From Dickeya solani IPO 2222 (GTDB lineage Bacteria > Pseudomonadota > Gammaproteobacteria > Enterobacterales > Enterobacteriaceae): 32,000 nucleotides of DNA. The stretch is from contig NZ_CP015137.1 in the NCBI RefSeq assembly GCF_001644705.1, forward strand, positions 4,290,001-4,322,000, given 5' to 3'. The translations under genes and the position numbers were made by a program. Positions 1 to 9,031 of this stretch are shown here, one piece after another. Below the pieces are notes generated by a model that was not told the origin of the DNA, did no database searches, and saw only the letters and a list, made by a program, of their open reading frames with translations. Position 1 is the stretch's first letter; each line of letters begins with the position of its first letter.

Positions 1-624
1 CCGGATCGGGTTGGTGCGTTTGGCCGCACCGGCGTGTTCGGGCTCGCGCAGACCGAAAAACAGCAGGGCAATCGCCATCGCGCCGGGGATGAATGCCACC
101 CAAAAGATGGCGCGAAAATCGTTCTGCCACAGCAACATCAGCACGACCGCCAGCAGCGGACCGGCGAAGGCGCCGATGGTATCCAACGACTGACGCAGGC
201 CAAACGCCGCACCCCGAATATCGGGCGGCGTGACGTCTGCGACTAGCGCATCGCGCGGCGCGCCGCGAATGCCTTTGCCCACCCGGTCGAGCAAGCGAGC
301 GCCCAGCACCAGACCGGATGAGGTCGCAAGCGCAAACAAGGGTTTGCTGACGGCGCCCAGACCATATCCGAGCAGCGCCAGCCCTTTGCGTTTGCCGAGG
401 TAATCGCTGAGCGCACCGGAGAACACTTTGATGATCAGCGCGGTCGCTTCCGCCAACCCCTCAATCAATCCGATGAAGACCACGCTGGTGCCGAGAACCG
501 TGGTCATGAATAACGGCAGCAGGCTGTGGATCATTTCCGACGAAATGTCCATCAACAGGCTGACGCCGCCCAATACCCATACCCCTGTCGGGATGCGTTT
601 CAATGTTGAAAAATCCAGCGACAT
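1..624 (-). CDS. MFS-family transporter, N-terminal 208 codons (3' end lies beyond the window start)
   Basis: The minus-strand frame is open from the ATG (complement of 622-624) to base 1. It is missing from the supplied track because it has no in-window stop. My translation begins MSLDFSTLKRIPTGVWVLGGVSLLMDISSEMIHSLLPLFMTTVLGTSVVFIGLIEGLAEATALIIKVFSGALSDYLGKRKG. It shows successive hydrophobic helices and an MFS motif-A-like loop (LLDRVGKGIRGAPRDA). Confidence 0.7.
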   Translation of the reverse strand, partial: MSLDFSTLKRIPTGVWVLGGVSLLMDISSEMIHSLLPLFMTTVLGTSVVFIGLIEGLAEATALIIKVFSGALSDYLGKRKGLALLGYGLGAVSKPLFALATSSGLVLGARLLDRVGKGIRGAPRDALVADVTPPDIRGAAFGLRQSLDTIGAFAGPLLAVVLMLLWQNDFRAIFWVAFIPGAMAIALLFFGLREPEHAGAAKRTNPIR

Positions 625-738
625 CGTTTTCCTGCCTGAAGGCGAAGAGCCGGTAAGAAGAAAACGCTATTAAATCAATCCGCAGTGGATTTGATAAGGA
701 CAAAATGCAAGACGGGCGAAAATCGGGGAGCGGCGTGG

Positions 739-766
739 CACGCTGCCGGCGGCAACCGGCAGCGTG
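739..766 (-). terminator. GC-rich hairpin about 30 nt downstream of the artJ stop (candidate terminator, no clean U-tract)
   Basis: Perfect 11-bp inverted repeat CACGCTGCCGG (739-749) / CCGGCAGCGTG (756-766) around a 6-nt loop. On the minus strand the following sequence is not U-rich, so its terminator function is uncertain. Confidence 0.5.
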
Positions 767-795
767 AAAATAACGGCATAAAAACAAGGGCCGGT

Positions 796-1545
796 TTACT
801 GCTGCGGGAACCACTTGTCGTTGATGGCTTTGTAAGCCCCGTTGGCTTTGATGGCGTTCAGCGCGCCGTTCAATTTCTCCAGCAACGCCTGGTTGTCCGG
901 GCGCACGGCAATACCCAGCCCGATGCCGAAATAGGCGGGATCGGTGACTTTCTCGCCCACGGTAGCCAGATCCGGGTTGGTTTTCAGCCACTCGTTCACC
1001 ACGGCGGTATCGCCGAACACGCCGTCCAGACGACCGTTTTTCAGGTCGATCAGCGCATTCTGGTAACTGTCGTACGGAACGGTTTTCACTTCAGGATGTT
1101 TGTCTTGCAGGAATGTCTGGTGGGTCGTCCCGTTTTCCATGCCGATGCGTTTGCCTTTCAGGTCCGCCAGCGAGTGAAACTTACCTTTCTGAGCGATGAC
1201 GATTGCTGAATTGGCATAGTACGGTTGGGTAAATGCTACCTGCTTGCTGCGTTCCGGCGTGATGTCCATTCCGGAAATAACGGCGTCATAACGGCGGAAT
1301 TTCAGCGCCGGGATCAGGCTGTCAAACGCCTGATTGGTGAACGTACAGGTGGCCTGCAATTGTTTGCACAGCGCGTTGGCGAGATCGATATCAAACCCGA
1401 CGATCTGGTTGCCGGCATCCAGCGATTCGAACGGCGGATACGTCGCCGACGCGGCGAAGCGGATAGTGTCAGCCGCCATCGCGTTAAAGGTCATCGTGCT
1501 AAAGGTAGCGCTGGCCAGCAGCGCGGCAAGGACGAGTTTCTTCAT
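796..1545 (-). CDS. artJ: Periplasmic arginine-binding protein ArtJ (ABC substrate-binding protein)
   Basis: 249-aa ORF with a signal peptide (MKKLVLAALLASATFSTMTFNAMA/AD). It is near-collinear with remembered E. coli ArtJ (SATYPPFES, DAVISGMDITPERSKQV, GKRIGMENGTTHQ, GDTAVVNEWLKTNP). It lies downstream of artM, as in E. coli. Confidence 0.93.
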   Translation of the reverse strand: MKKLVLAALLASATFSTMTFNAMAADTIRFAASATYPPFESLDAGNQIVGFDIDLANALCKQLQATCTFTNQAFDSLIPALKFRRYDAVISGMDITPERSKQVAFTQPYYANSAIVIAQKGKFHSLADLKGKRIGMENGTTHQTFLQDKHPEVKTVPYDSYQNALIDLKNGRLDGVFGDTAVVNEWLKTNPDLATVGEKVTDPAYFGIGLGIAVRPDNQALLEKLNGALNAIKANGAYKAINDKWFPQQ

Positions 1546-1616
1546 GGGGTACTCCAGCGTAACTTATGTTTACCAACGTTATGGCCGTTGAAAAAGATGA
1601 CGACACCATGCCACCA

Positions 1617-1655
1617 AATGTATTTATATGCAAATATAATGATTATAAATTCAAT
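1617..1655. promoter_or_regulatory. Tandem ARG boxes (putative ArgR operator) upstream of artJ
   Basis: aaTGTATttatATGCAaa (1617-1634) and aaTGATTataaATTCAat (1638-1655) each match the 18-bp consensus wNTGAATwwwwATTCANw with 1-2 core mismatches. They are separated by exactly 3 bp, the canonical ArgR spacing. They lie 72-110 bp upstream of the artJ ATG in an AT-rich spacer. Confidence 0.6.
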
Positions 1656-1760
1656 TAAGTTTGTGGGTGGATAGCGTGAATAAGGCGAGATTAGGATAAT
1701 TTTATAAAAATAAAGCAGATTTAAATTGGTGACTCGTCCGAATGAAATGAATCCCATGCA

Positions 1761-1789
1761 TAAAAAACGCCGGCACGAAAGCCGGCGTA
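1761..1789 (-). terminator. Rho-independent terminator of the artPIQM operon
   Basis: Minus-strand hairpin ACGCCGGC-tttcgt-GCCGGCGT (8-bp GC-rich stem, 1767-1788) is followed by TTTTTTA (complement of 1761-1767). It lies about 30 nt downstream of the artM stop. A second 7-bp inverted repeat, TCAGTGA/TCACTGA (1791-1815), sits between the stop and this hairpin. Confidence 0.85.
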
Positions 1790-1819
1790 ATCAGTGATTA
1801 GGTCATGCTCACTGATGGT

Positions 1820-2491
1820 TCAGGTGTTGCGCTGTTCGAAACGCAACGCGCGCCGCTCGACCAGGCGCATCAGTAGCGTCAGCAGGCCATTGACGCACAG
1901 GTAGACGACGCCTGCCGCGCCAAACACCAGCACATCATAGGTGCGGCCGTACAGTAACTGGCCGTAGCCCATCACTTCCATCAGCGTAATGGTGTAAGCC
2001 AGCGAGGTGCCTTTGAACACCAGCACCACCTCGTTGGAGTACGAAGAGAGCGCGCGCTTGAACGCAAACGGCAACAGAATGCGCAGCGTCTGGCGCTGAT
2101 TCATACCCAGCGCGGCGCAGGATTGCCACTGTCCGTCTGGAATCGCGCGTACCGCACCGTGGAACAATTGCGTGGTATAGGCCGCGCTGTTAAGCGCCAG
2201 CGCGCTGACCGCGCACAGCCACGGCTGAGACAGCAGATTCCACAGCCAGTCAATCTGGCGGATCGCGGCGAACTGACCGGGACCGTAGTAAATCAGGAAG
2301 ATCTGCACCAGCAGCGGGGTACCGGTAAACAGGGTGATGTAGACTTTGGCTATCTGCGACGCTACCGGGGTTTTCAGCGTCAGGATCACCGTCAGCAATA
2401 ACGACAACAGCAACGCCAGCAGCAGCGCGGCCAGCGTCAGCATCAGGCTGGTGTGCAACCCTTTCAGCAGTTCAGGAATGTAGCCCAGCAT
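1820..2491 (-). CDS. artM: Arginine ABC transporter permease ArtM
   Basis: 223-aa polytopic ORF, collinear with remembered E. coli ArtM (GYITLFTGTPLLVQIFLIYYGPGQF, SNEVVLVFKGTSLAYTITLMEVMGY). Its ATG overlaps the artQ stop (ATGA at 2488-2491). Confidence 0.93.
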   Translation of the reverse strand: MLGYIPELLKGLHTSLMLTLAALLLALLLSLLLTVILTLKTPVASQIAKVYITLFTGTPLLVQIFLIYYGPGQFAAIRQIDWLWNLLSQPWLCAVSALALNSAAYTTQLFHGAVRAIPDGQWQSCAALGMNQRQTLRILLPFAFKRALSSYSNEVVLVFKGTSLAYTITLMEVMGYGQLLYGRTYDVLVFGAAGVVYLCVNGLLTLLMRLVERRALRFEQRNT

Positions 2492-3207
2492 CAGGACGGC
2501 CTCCGTTCAAAGCGCGTGGCGCGTGCTTCAATCCTGTTCAGGATCGCCTGACTCAACAGGGTAATCACCAGATAGATAGCCGCCGCAATCATGTACCAGG
2601 TAAAGGGTTCCTGAGTGCGGGTGGCGATGCTTTTGGTTTGCAGCATCAGGTCGTTGACGCTGATCAGCGAGACCAACGCGGTGTCTTTCAGCAGCACCAG
2701 CCACTGGTTGCCCAGCCCCGGCAGCGCATGACGCCACATCTGCGGCATGATCAGCCGACGGAAAATCACGCTTTTGCTCATGCCCAGCGCCTGCCCGGAC
2801 TCCCATTGGCCGCGCGGCACCGCTTTCAGTGCGCCACGCAGCGTCTGCGAGGCATAGGCGGCATACAACAGCGACAGCGCAATGACGCCGCACAGAAACG
2901 GGCTGACTTCAAAGTCATCGATAGTCAGTTTGACCGGCACCTGCGCCAGGCCGAGATTAAGCGTGAAACCATCAGACAGCATCAACAGCAACTGCGACGA
3001 ACCAAAATAGATAAACAGCACCACCAGAATTTCCGGCAGGCCGCGCAACAGGGTAACGACAGCGGTGCCGCAGGCGCTGATGGCTTTCCAGCGCGCCGTT
3101 TCCCACAGGGCAAACAGCATCGCCAGCAGCAGCCCCAGCACCAGGGCGCAAACGGCAAGGCCGACGGTCATCCCGGCGGCGCTTGCAAGAGGTTGGAATT
3201 CAGTCAT
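2491..3207 (-). CDS. artQ: Arginine ABC transporter permease ArtQ
   Basis: 238-aa membrane ORF with the ABC permease EAA-like loop ([23 protein letters not shown]). It sits between artI and artM, as in E. coli. Confidence 0.92.
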   Translation of the reverse strand: MTEFQPLASAAGMTVGLAVCALVLGLLLAMLFALWETARWKAISACGTAVVTLLRGLPEILVVLFIYFGSSQLLLMLSDGFTLNLGLAQVPVKLTIDDFEVSPFLCGVIALSLLYAAYASQTLRGALKAVPRGQWESGQALGMSKSVIFRRLIMPQMWRHALPGLGNQWLVLLKDTALVSLISVNDLMLQTKSIATRTQEPFTWYMIAAAIYLVITLLSQAILNRIEARATRFERRPS

Positions 3208-3222
3208 TGAGTCTTAGTCGGC

Positions 3223-3954
3223 TTACTGCTGGAACCATTTCTTGTAGATGGTCTGGTAGGTGCCATCCTGCTTGATCTTGTTCAGCGCATCGTTGAATTT
3301 TTTCACCAGCTCGTCGTTGTTCTGACGAACGGCAATGCCCAGACCGATGCCAAAGTAGTCTTTATCGGTCACCTTGTCGCCCACTGACGCCAGATTCGTG
3401 TTCTGTTTCAACCACTCGTTCACGACGGCGGTGTCGCCGAAGACGGCGTCCAGACGACCGTTTTTCAGGTCCAGCACCGCGTTCTGATAGCTGTCGTACG
3501 GCACGACGGTGATGTCTTTATGCTTATCCAGCAGGAATTTCTGGTGGGTGGTGCCGTTCTGTACCCCGACACGCTTGCCATTCAGCGCGGCGATATCGGC
3601 CAGTTTGCCTTTCTGGGCGATGAACAGCGCCGAGTTTTCATAGTACGGCTGGGTGAACGTCACCTGTTGCTGGCGTTCCGGCGTGATGTCCATGCCGGCA
3701 ATCACCGCATCGTAACGACGGAATTTCAGGCCGGGGATCAGACTATCGAATGCCTGATTGCTGAAAGTACAGGTGGCCTGGATCTGTTTGCACAGCGCGT
3801 TGGCCAGGTCGACATCGAACCCGACGATCTGATTACTGGCGTCTACCGATTCAAACGGAGGGTAGGACGCTTCAGTGGCAAAACGGATAGTTTCGGCTGC
3901 ACCAGCGGAAAGGCTTAATCCGCCGAGCAGGGCGGCAACGAACAATTTTTTCAT
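3223..3954 (-). CDS. artI: Periplasmic arginine-binding protein ArtI
   Basis: 243-aa ORF with a signal peptide (MKKLFVAALLGGLSLSAGA/AE). It is collinear with remembered E. coli ArtI (ETIRFATEASYPPFES, GVQNGTTHQKF, DKVTDKDYFG) and is a paralogue of the artJ product in this window. Confidence 0.93.
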   Translation of the reverse strand: MKKLFVAALLGGLSLSAGAAETIRFATEASYPPFESVDASNQIVGFDVDLANALCKQIQATCTFSNQAFDSLIPGLKFRRYDAVIAGMDITPERQQQVTFTQPYYENSALFIAQKGKLADIAALNGKRVGVQNGTTHQKFLLDKHKDITVVPYDSYQNAVLDLKNGRLDAVFGDTAVVNEWLKQNTNLASVGDKVTDKDYFGIGLGIAVRQNNDELVKKFNDALNKIKQDGTYQTIYKKWFQQ

Positions 3955-3971
3955 ATTATTATCCTTATCTA

Positions 3972-4700
3972 TCAGTGAGATAAATAGCCAGCAAATTCCG
4001 GTGTCTGTGGTTGGGTAAAATGCGAGGCGTCGCCTTGTTCCACGATGCGGCCGTTTTCCATGTACACCACGCGGCTGGCGGTTTTACGTGCGAAATCGAC
4101 TTCGTGGGTGACGATCACCTGGGTGATGCCGGTTTCGCTCAGTTCCTGAATAATGCTGACTACCTGAGCGGTGATTTCCGGATCGAGAGCGGCGGTCGGC
4201 TCGTCAAACAACAGTACCTGCGGTTCCATCATCAGTGCGCGGGCAATGGCGACGCGCTGCTGCTGGCCGCCGGAGAGATGTAACGGGTAGCGATCGGCGA
4301 AGTCGCTCAGCCGCAGACGGCTCAACAGTTTATCCGCCCGTTCACGGGCTTCCTGACTGCCCAGTCCCAGTACGCGGCAGGGCGCTTCGACCAGGTTCTG
4401 TTGCACGGTGAGATGCGGCCACAAATTGTATTGCTGGAACACCATGCCGACATTGCGGCGCAGTTCACGAATGGCGTTTTCGCCGGGCGTCTGACTGAAG
4501 TCGAAGGTATTACCGCCGATGTTCAGGGTGCCGGAACGGGGTGTTTCCAGCAGGTTCAGTACCCGCAATAACGAACTTTTACCGGCCCCGCTGGGACCCA
4601 GCAACACCAACGTTTCTCCGGATGGACAATCAAGGGTGACATCGAACAGCGCCTGATGTGCGCCATAGAAACAGTTAATGCTGTTTAGTTGAATACTCAT
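3972..4700 (-). CDS. artP: Arginine ABC transporter ATP-binding protein ArtP
   Basis: Start placed at the internal ATG (complement of 4698-4700). This gives 242 aa beginning [25 protein letters not shown], matching the E. coli ArtP N-terminus and length. Walker [10 protein letters not shown], signature [15 protein letters not shown] and Walker [12 protein letters not shown] are present. The track ORF (to 4790) carries a 30-aa non-homologous extension. Confidence 0.93.
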   Translation of the reverse strand: MSIQLNSINCFYGAHQALFDVTLDCPSGETLVLLGPSGAGKSSLLRVLNLLETPRSGTLNIGGNTFDFSQTPGENAIRELRRNVGMVFQQYNLWPHLTVQQNLVEAPCRVLGLGSQEARERADKLLSRLRLSDFADRYPLHLSGGQQQRVAIARALMMEPQVLLFDEPTAALDPEITAQVVSIIQELSETGITQVIVTHEVDFARKTASRVVYMENGRIVEQGDASHFTQPQTPEFAGYLSH

Positions 4701-5054
4701 GCGAAAGAATTGAATAGACATTGATGCCGCGAATGGTAGCTTCGGCAGAATAGTTATGCAATCGTCGTGGGTTAAAATTTGCGAATACACGACTTATTGT
4801 TGATATTTTAGCACAAAATCGCGCTTTGCCGCGGCGGCAGGCGGATTTGTCAGGGTGACAGCCGCCCTGTGGCGGACAATCTTCAGTCATAGCAAACCTC
4901 GACTGTAGCGGGGGGGTGTTGCTGAAAAGTATGATTGATGACGTTTGTGTTTTGAAAAAGTTTTTTAGTGGCAGGCATTGCTATAAAAGCGTAATAAGGC
5001 TGTGAGCATGTAGTAACCGATCTGTCTGTCGAACATCTGATGCGAGGAGGCATG

Positions 5055-5381
5055 ATGCAATTATCCACCACCCCAACCCTGGAAGGACACGTCATTGAAA
5101 CCTACTGCGGCGTGGTGACGGGCGAAGCCATCCTTGGCGCCAATATCTTTCGGGATTTCTTTGCCGGCATACGCGATATCGTCGGCGGCCGTTCCGGCGC
5201 CTATGAAAAAGAGTTACGCAACGCCCGACAGATCGCGTTTCGTGAAATGCAACAGCAGGCGCAGGAACTGGGAGCGAATGCCGTGGTCAGCATCGACATT
5301 GATTATGAAACCGTGGGTAAAGACGCCAGCATGCTGATGGTGTCCGTCAGTGGCACCGCGGTTGTGGTGCGCCGATCATGA
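5055..5381 (+). CDS. ybjQ: UPF0145/YbjQ-family small protein (function unknown)
   Basis: Start taken at the ATG at 5055 ([12 protein letters not shown]...), matching the remembered E. coli YbjQ N-terminus [18 protein letters not shown] lies at 5044-5050. The rest is near-identical to YbjQ ([39 protein letters not shown]). The ATG at 5052 is an equally possible start. Confidence 0.88.
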   Translation: MQLSTTPTLEGHVIETYCGVVTGEAILGANIFRDFFAGIRDIVGGRSGAYEKELRNARQIAFREMQQQAQELGANAVVSIDIDYETVGKDASMLMVSVSGTAVVVRRS

Positions 5382-6256
5382 CCCGCGGCATCGGGCTGGT
5401 ATGGCGTAGTGTGGCGCTGATGGCGATGACGTTGTTGGCAGGCTGCCAGACCCACGAACGCTATGTCGATGAGGGCGATTACCAACTGGATCAGTCGTCT
5501 CCGGCTGTCAGCCGGAGTGATCGGGTCCGCTTTCTGGTGTTTCACTATACGGCTGAGGATCTGGACAATTCGCTGGAAAAACTCACCGCCGAACATGTCA
5601 GCGCGCATTACCTGGTGCCGGCTTATCCGCCGCAGGTTAATGGCAAGCCCGTGGCGTGGAAACTGGTTCCGGAGTCGCAGGCGGCCTGGCATGCAGGCAC
5701 CAGTTACTGGCGCGGTTACAGTCAGTTGAACGCCACATCGATCGGCATCGAGCAGGTCAACCCCGGCTGGCGGCAAACGGCGTCCGGCACCCGTTGGTGG
5801 CAGCCTTACACCCCGCAACAGATTACGCTGGTGACCCATCTCGCCCGGGACATCATCGCCCGTCATCATATTGTGCCGCAGGATGTGGTAGGGCACAGCG
5901 ATATTGCTCCCCAGCGCAAGGTCGATCCGGGGCCGCTGTTTCCCTGGCATCAACTGGCGATGGCAGGTATTGGCGCCTGGCCGGAGCCGCAACGGGTCCG
6001 TTTCTATCTGGGGGGGCGGCAGGAATATGCGCCGGCAGACAAACAGGCGCTGCTGGAGAAATTGGCGCGTTATGGTTATGAGGTCAACCCAGGCATGACC
6101 GCGCGCCAGCAGCAACAGGTGGTGGCGGCATTCCAGATGCACTTCCGGCAGCAGCGCTATGACGGTGAGGCGGATGCGGAAACTGAAGCGATTGCCGATG
6201 CATTGCTGGAGAAATACGGCGCAGCGCCCCGCAGTGGCGCAGGGGCAGGTCGATAA
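5378..6256 (+). CDS. amiD: N-acetylmuramoyl-L-alanine amidase AmiD (outer-membrane lipoprotein, amidase_2 family)
   Basis: 292-aa ORF whose ATG overlaps the ybjQ stop (ATGA, 5378-5381). It has a lipobox LLAGC near the N-terminus. It has amidase_2-type motifs ([36 protein letters not shown]) and a C-terminal peptidoglycan-binding-like repeat. Confidence 0.9.
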   Translation: MTRGIGLVWRSVALMAMTLLAGCQTHERYVDEGDYQLDQSSPAVSRSDRVRFLVFHYTAEDLDNSLEKLTAEHVSAHYLVPAYPPQVNGKPVAWKLVPESQAAWHAGTSYWRGYSQLNATSIGIEQVNPGWRQTASGTRWWQPYTPQQITLVTHLARDIIARHHIVPQDVVGHSDIAPQRKVDPGPLFPWHQLAMAGIGAWPEPQRVRFYLGGRQEYAPADKQALLEKLARYGYEVNPGMTARQQQQVVAAFQMHFRQQRYDGEADAETEAIADALLEKYGAAPRSGAGAGR

Positions 6257-6292
6257 CCTGCGCCCGTCGGCCGTGGAAAGAAGACGGATGGC

Positions 6293-7759
6293 TTAATCGC
6301 TGTAAGGGAGGCGAACGATGTCCCGTTGTTCGGCCTCTAGCGCCAGTGCGGCGATACGGCGCGCCATGCCGCGAAACACAAACAGATGCGCGGGCATCAT
6401 CAGGAACCAGTAACCCAGCCCGTTGCAGCCGGCAGGATGCCACCAGGCACGCACATCCAGCACCCGATACGCCCCACGATCGTCAATCGAGAAGGCCAGA
6501 CGCCCCAGTCCGGGCGCTTTCATGCCAAACAGCAACACCAACTGCTGGTGGGGTCTGACCCGGATGACCTTCCAGCCGTTGACGAAGTCGCCCTCCATCA
6601 ACTCGGCCCGCTCCGGACGGCGGTAAGTCACCTGATTGCCGCATAAATCATCTATTCGGGCGCGGATAGTCCACAGTAGGTTGGCATAAAAATACCCCTC
6701 CCGGCCGCCGACCTGCTGGATGATTTGCCACAATGCCTGACTGCTGGCGCCGGTTTTGTGGCTGTAGCCCGCCTGCTTGGGGTAGAACGCGTAATTGGCT
6801 TGCCAGCGCGCCTGAACATCAGGGTCATATCCCCAGTCAGGGTGTTGCGCCGCGGCTTTTTCATCGGCCAGCGTGGCTCGCACCGCTTCATCAAACCCAA
6901 TTAGCCGCTGGGGAATCAGACGACGCAGCGCGCCGTCGTCCATTGGCAGATCGTGTCGCAACCCATGCACTAGCGCCCGGGCGGTGGAGCCGGAAACCGA
7001 GGTCACCATGTTAAGAAACCAGGCCGATACCAGCCCGGTCGGCATCGGAATCGGTAGCAACAGGCGACGTTTGCCGGTAATGCGAATGAAGCGCTCGAAC
7101 AGCGACTGATAGCTGAGGTATTCCGGTCCGGCGGCATCAAAAACCCGATGGCGCTCCGCGGGGTAATGTCTCAGCTCCGTCAGGTAAGTAAGCAGGTTTT
7201 CCAGCGCAATCGGCGCGGATTTCGACCGCACCCAGCGTGGCGGCGTCAGCACCGGCAAATTGTTCACCATATCGCGCATGATTTCGAATGCGGCGGAACC
7301 GGGGCCGACGATAATGCCGGCGCGCAATTCGGTAACCGGAATGCCGCTGCTGCGCAGAATGTCACCGGTCAGTTTGCGCGCCTGCATATGGGTGGAGGGA
7401 TGGCGCTCAGCCTGTGCCGAACCGAGATAGATTATCTGCCGGACCCGGCTGGTACGTAGCACCTGACGCAGGTTTTGCGCCGACTGGTATTCCCGCTCCA
7501 GAAAGTCAGCGCCGTCGCCCATGCTGTGCGCCAGATAATAGAGGGTGTCTGCCTGCCATAATCCTTCCGGTAGCGTGTATGGCTTCATCAGATCAACGTA
7601 TTCACAGCGTATGCCGGGAAGATTCAGGGCCGCCAGCGAGTCGATGTGACGCGAAGCGGCAATGACTGTTTGACCTTGCTGGCTTAGACGCATTAGGAGG
7701 TGACGGCCAATGTAGCCACTGGCGCCAAGGATCAGAATAGAGGCGGGTCTGATGGTCAT
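6293..7759 (-). CDS. ybjT: YbjT-like NAD(P)-binding (atypical SDR) protein with C-terminal DUF2867-type domain
   Basis: Start placed at the ATG complement of 7757-7759 (MTIRPASILILGASGYIGRHL, Rossmann GxxGxxG), giving 488 aa. It is collinear with remembered E. coli YbjT (VTELRAGIIVGPGSAAFEIMRDMVNNLPVLTPPRWVRS, LLFGMKAPGLGRL). The 28-codon upstream extension in the track ORF has no homology support. Confidence 0.85.
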   Translation of the reverse strand: MTIRPASILILGASGYIGRHLLMRLSQQGQTVIAASRHIDSLAALNLPGIRCEYVDLMKPYTLPEGLWQADTLYYLAHSMGDGADFLEREYQSAQNLRQVLRTSRVRQIIYLGSAQAERHPSTHMQARKLTGDILRSSGIPVTELRAGIIVGPGSAAFEIMRDMVNNLPVLTPPRWVRSKSAPIALENLLTYLTELRHYPAERHRVFDAAGPEYLSYQSLFERFIRITGKRRLLLPIPMPTGLVSAWFLNMVTSVSGSTARALVHGLRHDLPMDDGALRRLIPQRLIGFDEAVRATLADEKAAAQHPDWGYDPDVQARWQANYAFYPKQAGYSHKTGASSQALWQIIQQVGGREGYFYANLLWTIRARIDDLCGNQVTYRRPERAELMEGDFVNGWKVIRVRPHQQLVLLFGMKAPGLGRLAFSIDDRGAYRVLDVRAWWHPAGCNGLGYWFLMMPAHLFVFRGMARRIAALALEAEQRDIVRLPYSD

Positions 7760-7866
7760 GATGGTGTTTGCTCCTGCCACAACAGCGCGATTGAAACTGC
7801 AGCGGTGTCCCTGTCGATGTTCACACCCGCAATACGATATCAATACAGCTTAATATAGCCGGAAGC

Positions 7867-7917
7867 AAAAGGGGGAAAAACCCCGCCTTAACGATTTCGT
7901 AACGAAAATGCGGGGTG
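7867..7917 (-). terminator. Candidate rho-independent terminator downstream of hcr
   Basis: Minus-strand stem CCCCGC (complement of 7910-7915) / GCGGGG (complement of 7881-7886) encloses a 23-nt structured loop. It is followed by TTTTTCCCCCTTTT (complement of 7867-7880) and starts about 50 nt after the hcr stop. Confidence 0.55.
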
Positions 7918-7963
7918 GAGCCTGAGCGTGATGTATGCCGTATGGCAAGGCAGAGTGGAAAAA

Positions 7964-8971
7964 TCAGACCAATTCGACATCGCCTTGTAACTGGCAACTG
8001 CAGGCCAGCACATAGCCGTTTTCAATGTCGTCGGGCGTCAGCGTCATGGTGCTGGTAGTGGTGTAGCTGCCGCTGAGAATACGGGTTTTGCAACTGCCGC
8101 AAACGCCGGCACGGCAGGCGGCGTTTACCGGCAACTGGTGGCTTTCCAGCGCAGCCAGCAGGCTGATACCAACCGGAACTTTCAACTGTTGTAACGAATG
8201 GCGGATGGTCATGGTGAGCTGGTCGCCATCATCGTCCAGGACGGTTTCCGGCGCGCCGAACTGTTCCTTGAAGATAAGCTCGCGTGGAACGCCGGCCTGC
8301 AGGCAAAACGTTTCCACCTGCTGCATATAGGGTTGCGGGCCGCAGGTCATTACGGTGCGATTGGCGATATCCGGCACCTGTTGCGACAGCACTGACTCAC
8401 TAAGGCGGCCGCTGAGAAAACCGGCTTCAGCCTGTTGTTCCGCCATCAGGGTTAACTGTAGTTGCTGCGGGTAACGCTGGCGGAGTGTTTGCCATTCATC
8501 GGCAAAAATCACGTGTTGCGGATCGCGGACATTGAAGATGACCTGAATATCCGCGTGTGGGCGATTGACCAGCAGCCAGCGCGTCATTGACATGATCGGC
8601 GTAACGCCACAGCCCGCCGCCAGCATCAGGTAACGGTCGCTGACGGCGCGGGTGCAGGTGAATTCACCCTGCGCATCGGAGATCCACAGATAATCGCCGG
8701 GCTTCACCTGTTCGGTCAGCCAGCGCGAGCCGGTGCCGTTTTCCAGTCGACGCACCGTGAAGGTGATGAACGGGCTCAATCCGGGCGAGGAGGACAGGGT
8801 ATAAGCGCGCAGCGTTTCACTGCTGTTGGCGATGCTGACCAGCGCGTACTGGCCGGGCTGCCAGGGATAAAAGTCATGGTTGATCAGGGAAAGCGTCCAC
8901 ACATCCGGCGTTTCCTGATGAAGAGAGTGCACCTGCATGCGGTTGGGGCACTGCGGGGTGGGCATGGTCAT
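7964..8971 (-). CDS. hcr: NADH oxidoreductase Hcr (FAD/NAD-binding plus 2Fe-2S ferredoxin domain), partner of hybrid-cluster protein
   Basis: 335-aa ORF beginning MTMPTPQCPNRMQVHS, like E. coli Hcr (MTMPTSQCPWRMQVHH). It has flavin-reductase motifs (RAYTLSS, LLAAGCGVTPIMSM) and a C-terminal 2Fe-2S motif CRAGVCGSCKT...LACSC. It lies immediately downstream of hcp. Confidence 0.93.
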   Translation of the reverse strand: MTMPTPQCPNRMQVHSLHQETPDVWTLSLINHDFYPWQPGQYALVSIANSSETLRAYTLSSSPGLSPFITFTVRRLENGTGSRWLTEQVKPGDYLWISDAQGEFTCTRAVSDRYLMLAAGCGVTPIMSMTRWLLVNRPHADIQVIFNVRDPQHVIFADEWQTLRQRYPQQLQLTLMAEQQAEAGFLSGRLSESVLSQQVPDIANRTVMTCGPQPYMQQVETFCLQAGVPRELIFKEQFGAPETVLDDDGDQLTMTIRHSLQQLKVPVGISLLAALESHQLPVNAACRAGVCGSCKTRILSGSYTTTSTMTLTPDDIENGYVLACSCQLQGDVELV

Positions 8972-9031
8972 GGGAGGTCTCCATAACAGCCTTCCGCCAT
9001 GCGACGGCGGAAGGCGAAAGTCAACAAAAAA

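Noticed and set aside
461-991. 176-aa minus-strand ORF spanning the MFS start, the spacer and the artJ 3' end.
   Set aside because: It crosses a terminator-like hairpin and overlaps two well-supported genes out of frame. Its composition is Arg/Gly/His-rich and not protein-like.
4709-4762. Possible ARG boxes upstream of artP (4709-4726 and 4745-4762).
   Set aside because: Each has 2 or more core mismatches and a non-AT centre. The pair is spaced 18 bp apart rather than the canonical 3 bp. The first would sit on the artP ribosome-binding region. I mention them only as a contrast in the artJ finding.
4675-5095. Two 70-71-aa minus-strand ORFs (4675-4890, 4883-5095) in the artP/ybjQ spacer, considered as possible ybjP remnants.
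   Set aside because: Neither translation resembles the remembered YbjP lipoprotein (no signal peptide or lipobox). They overlap the artP and ybjQ starts and have no SD.
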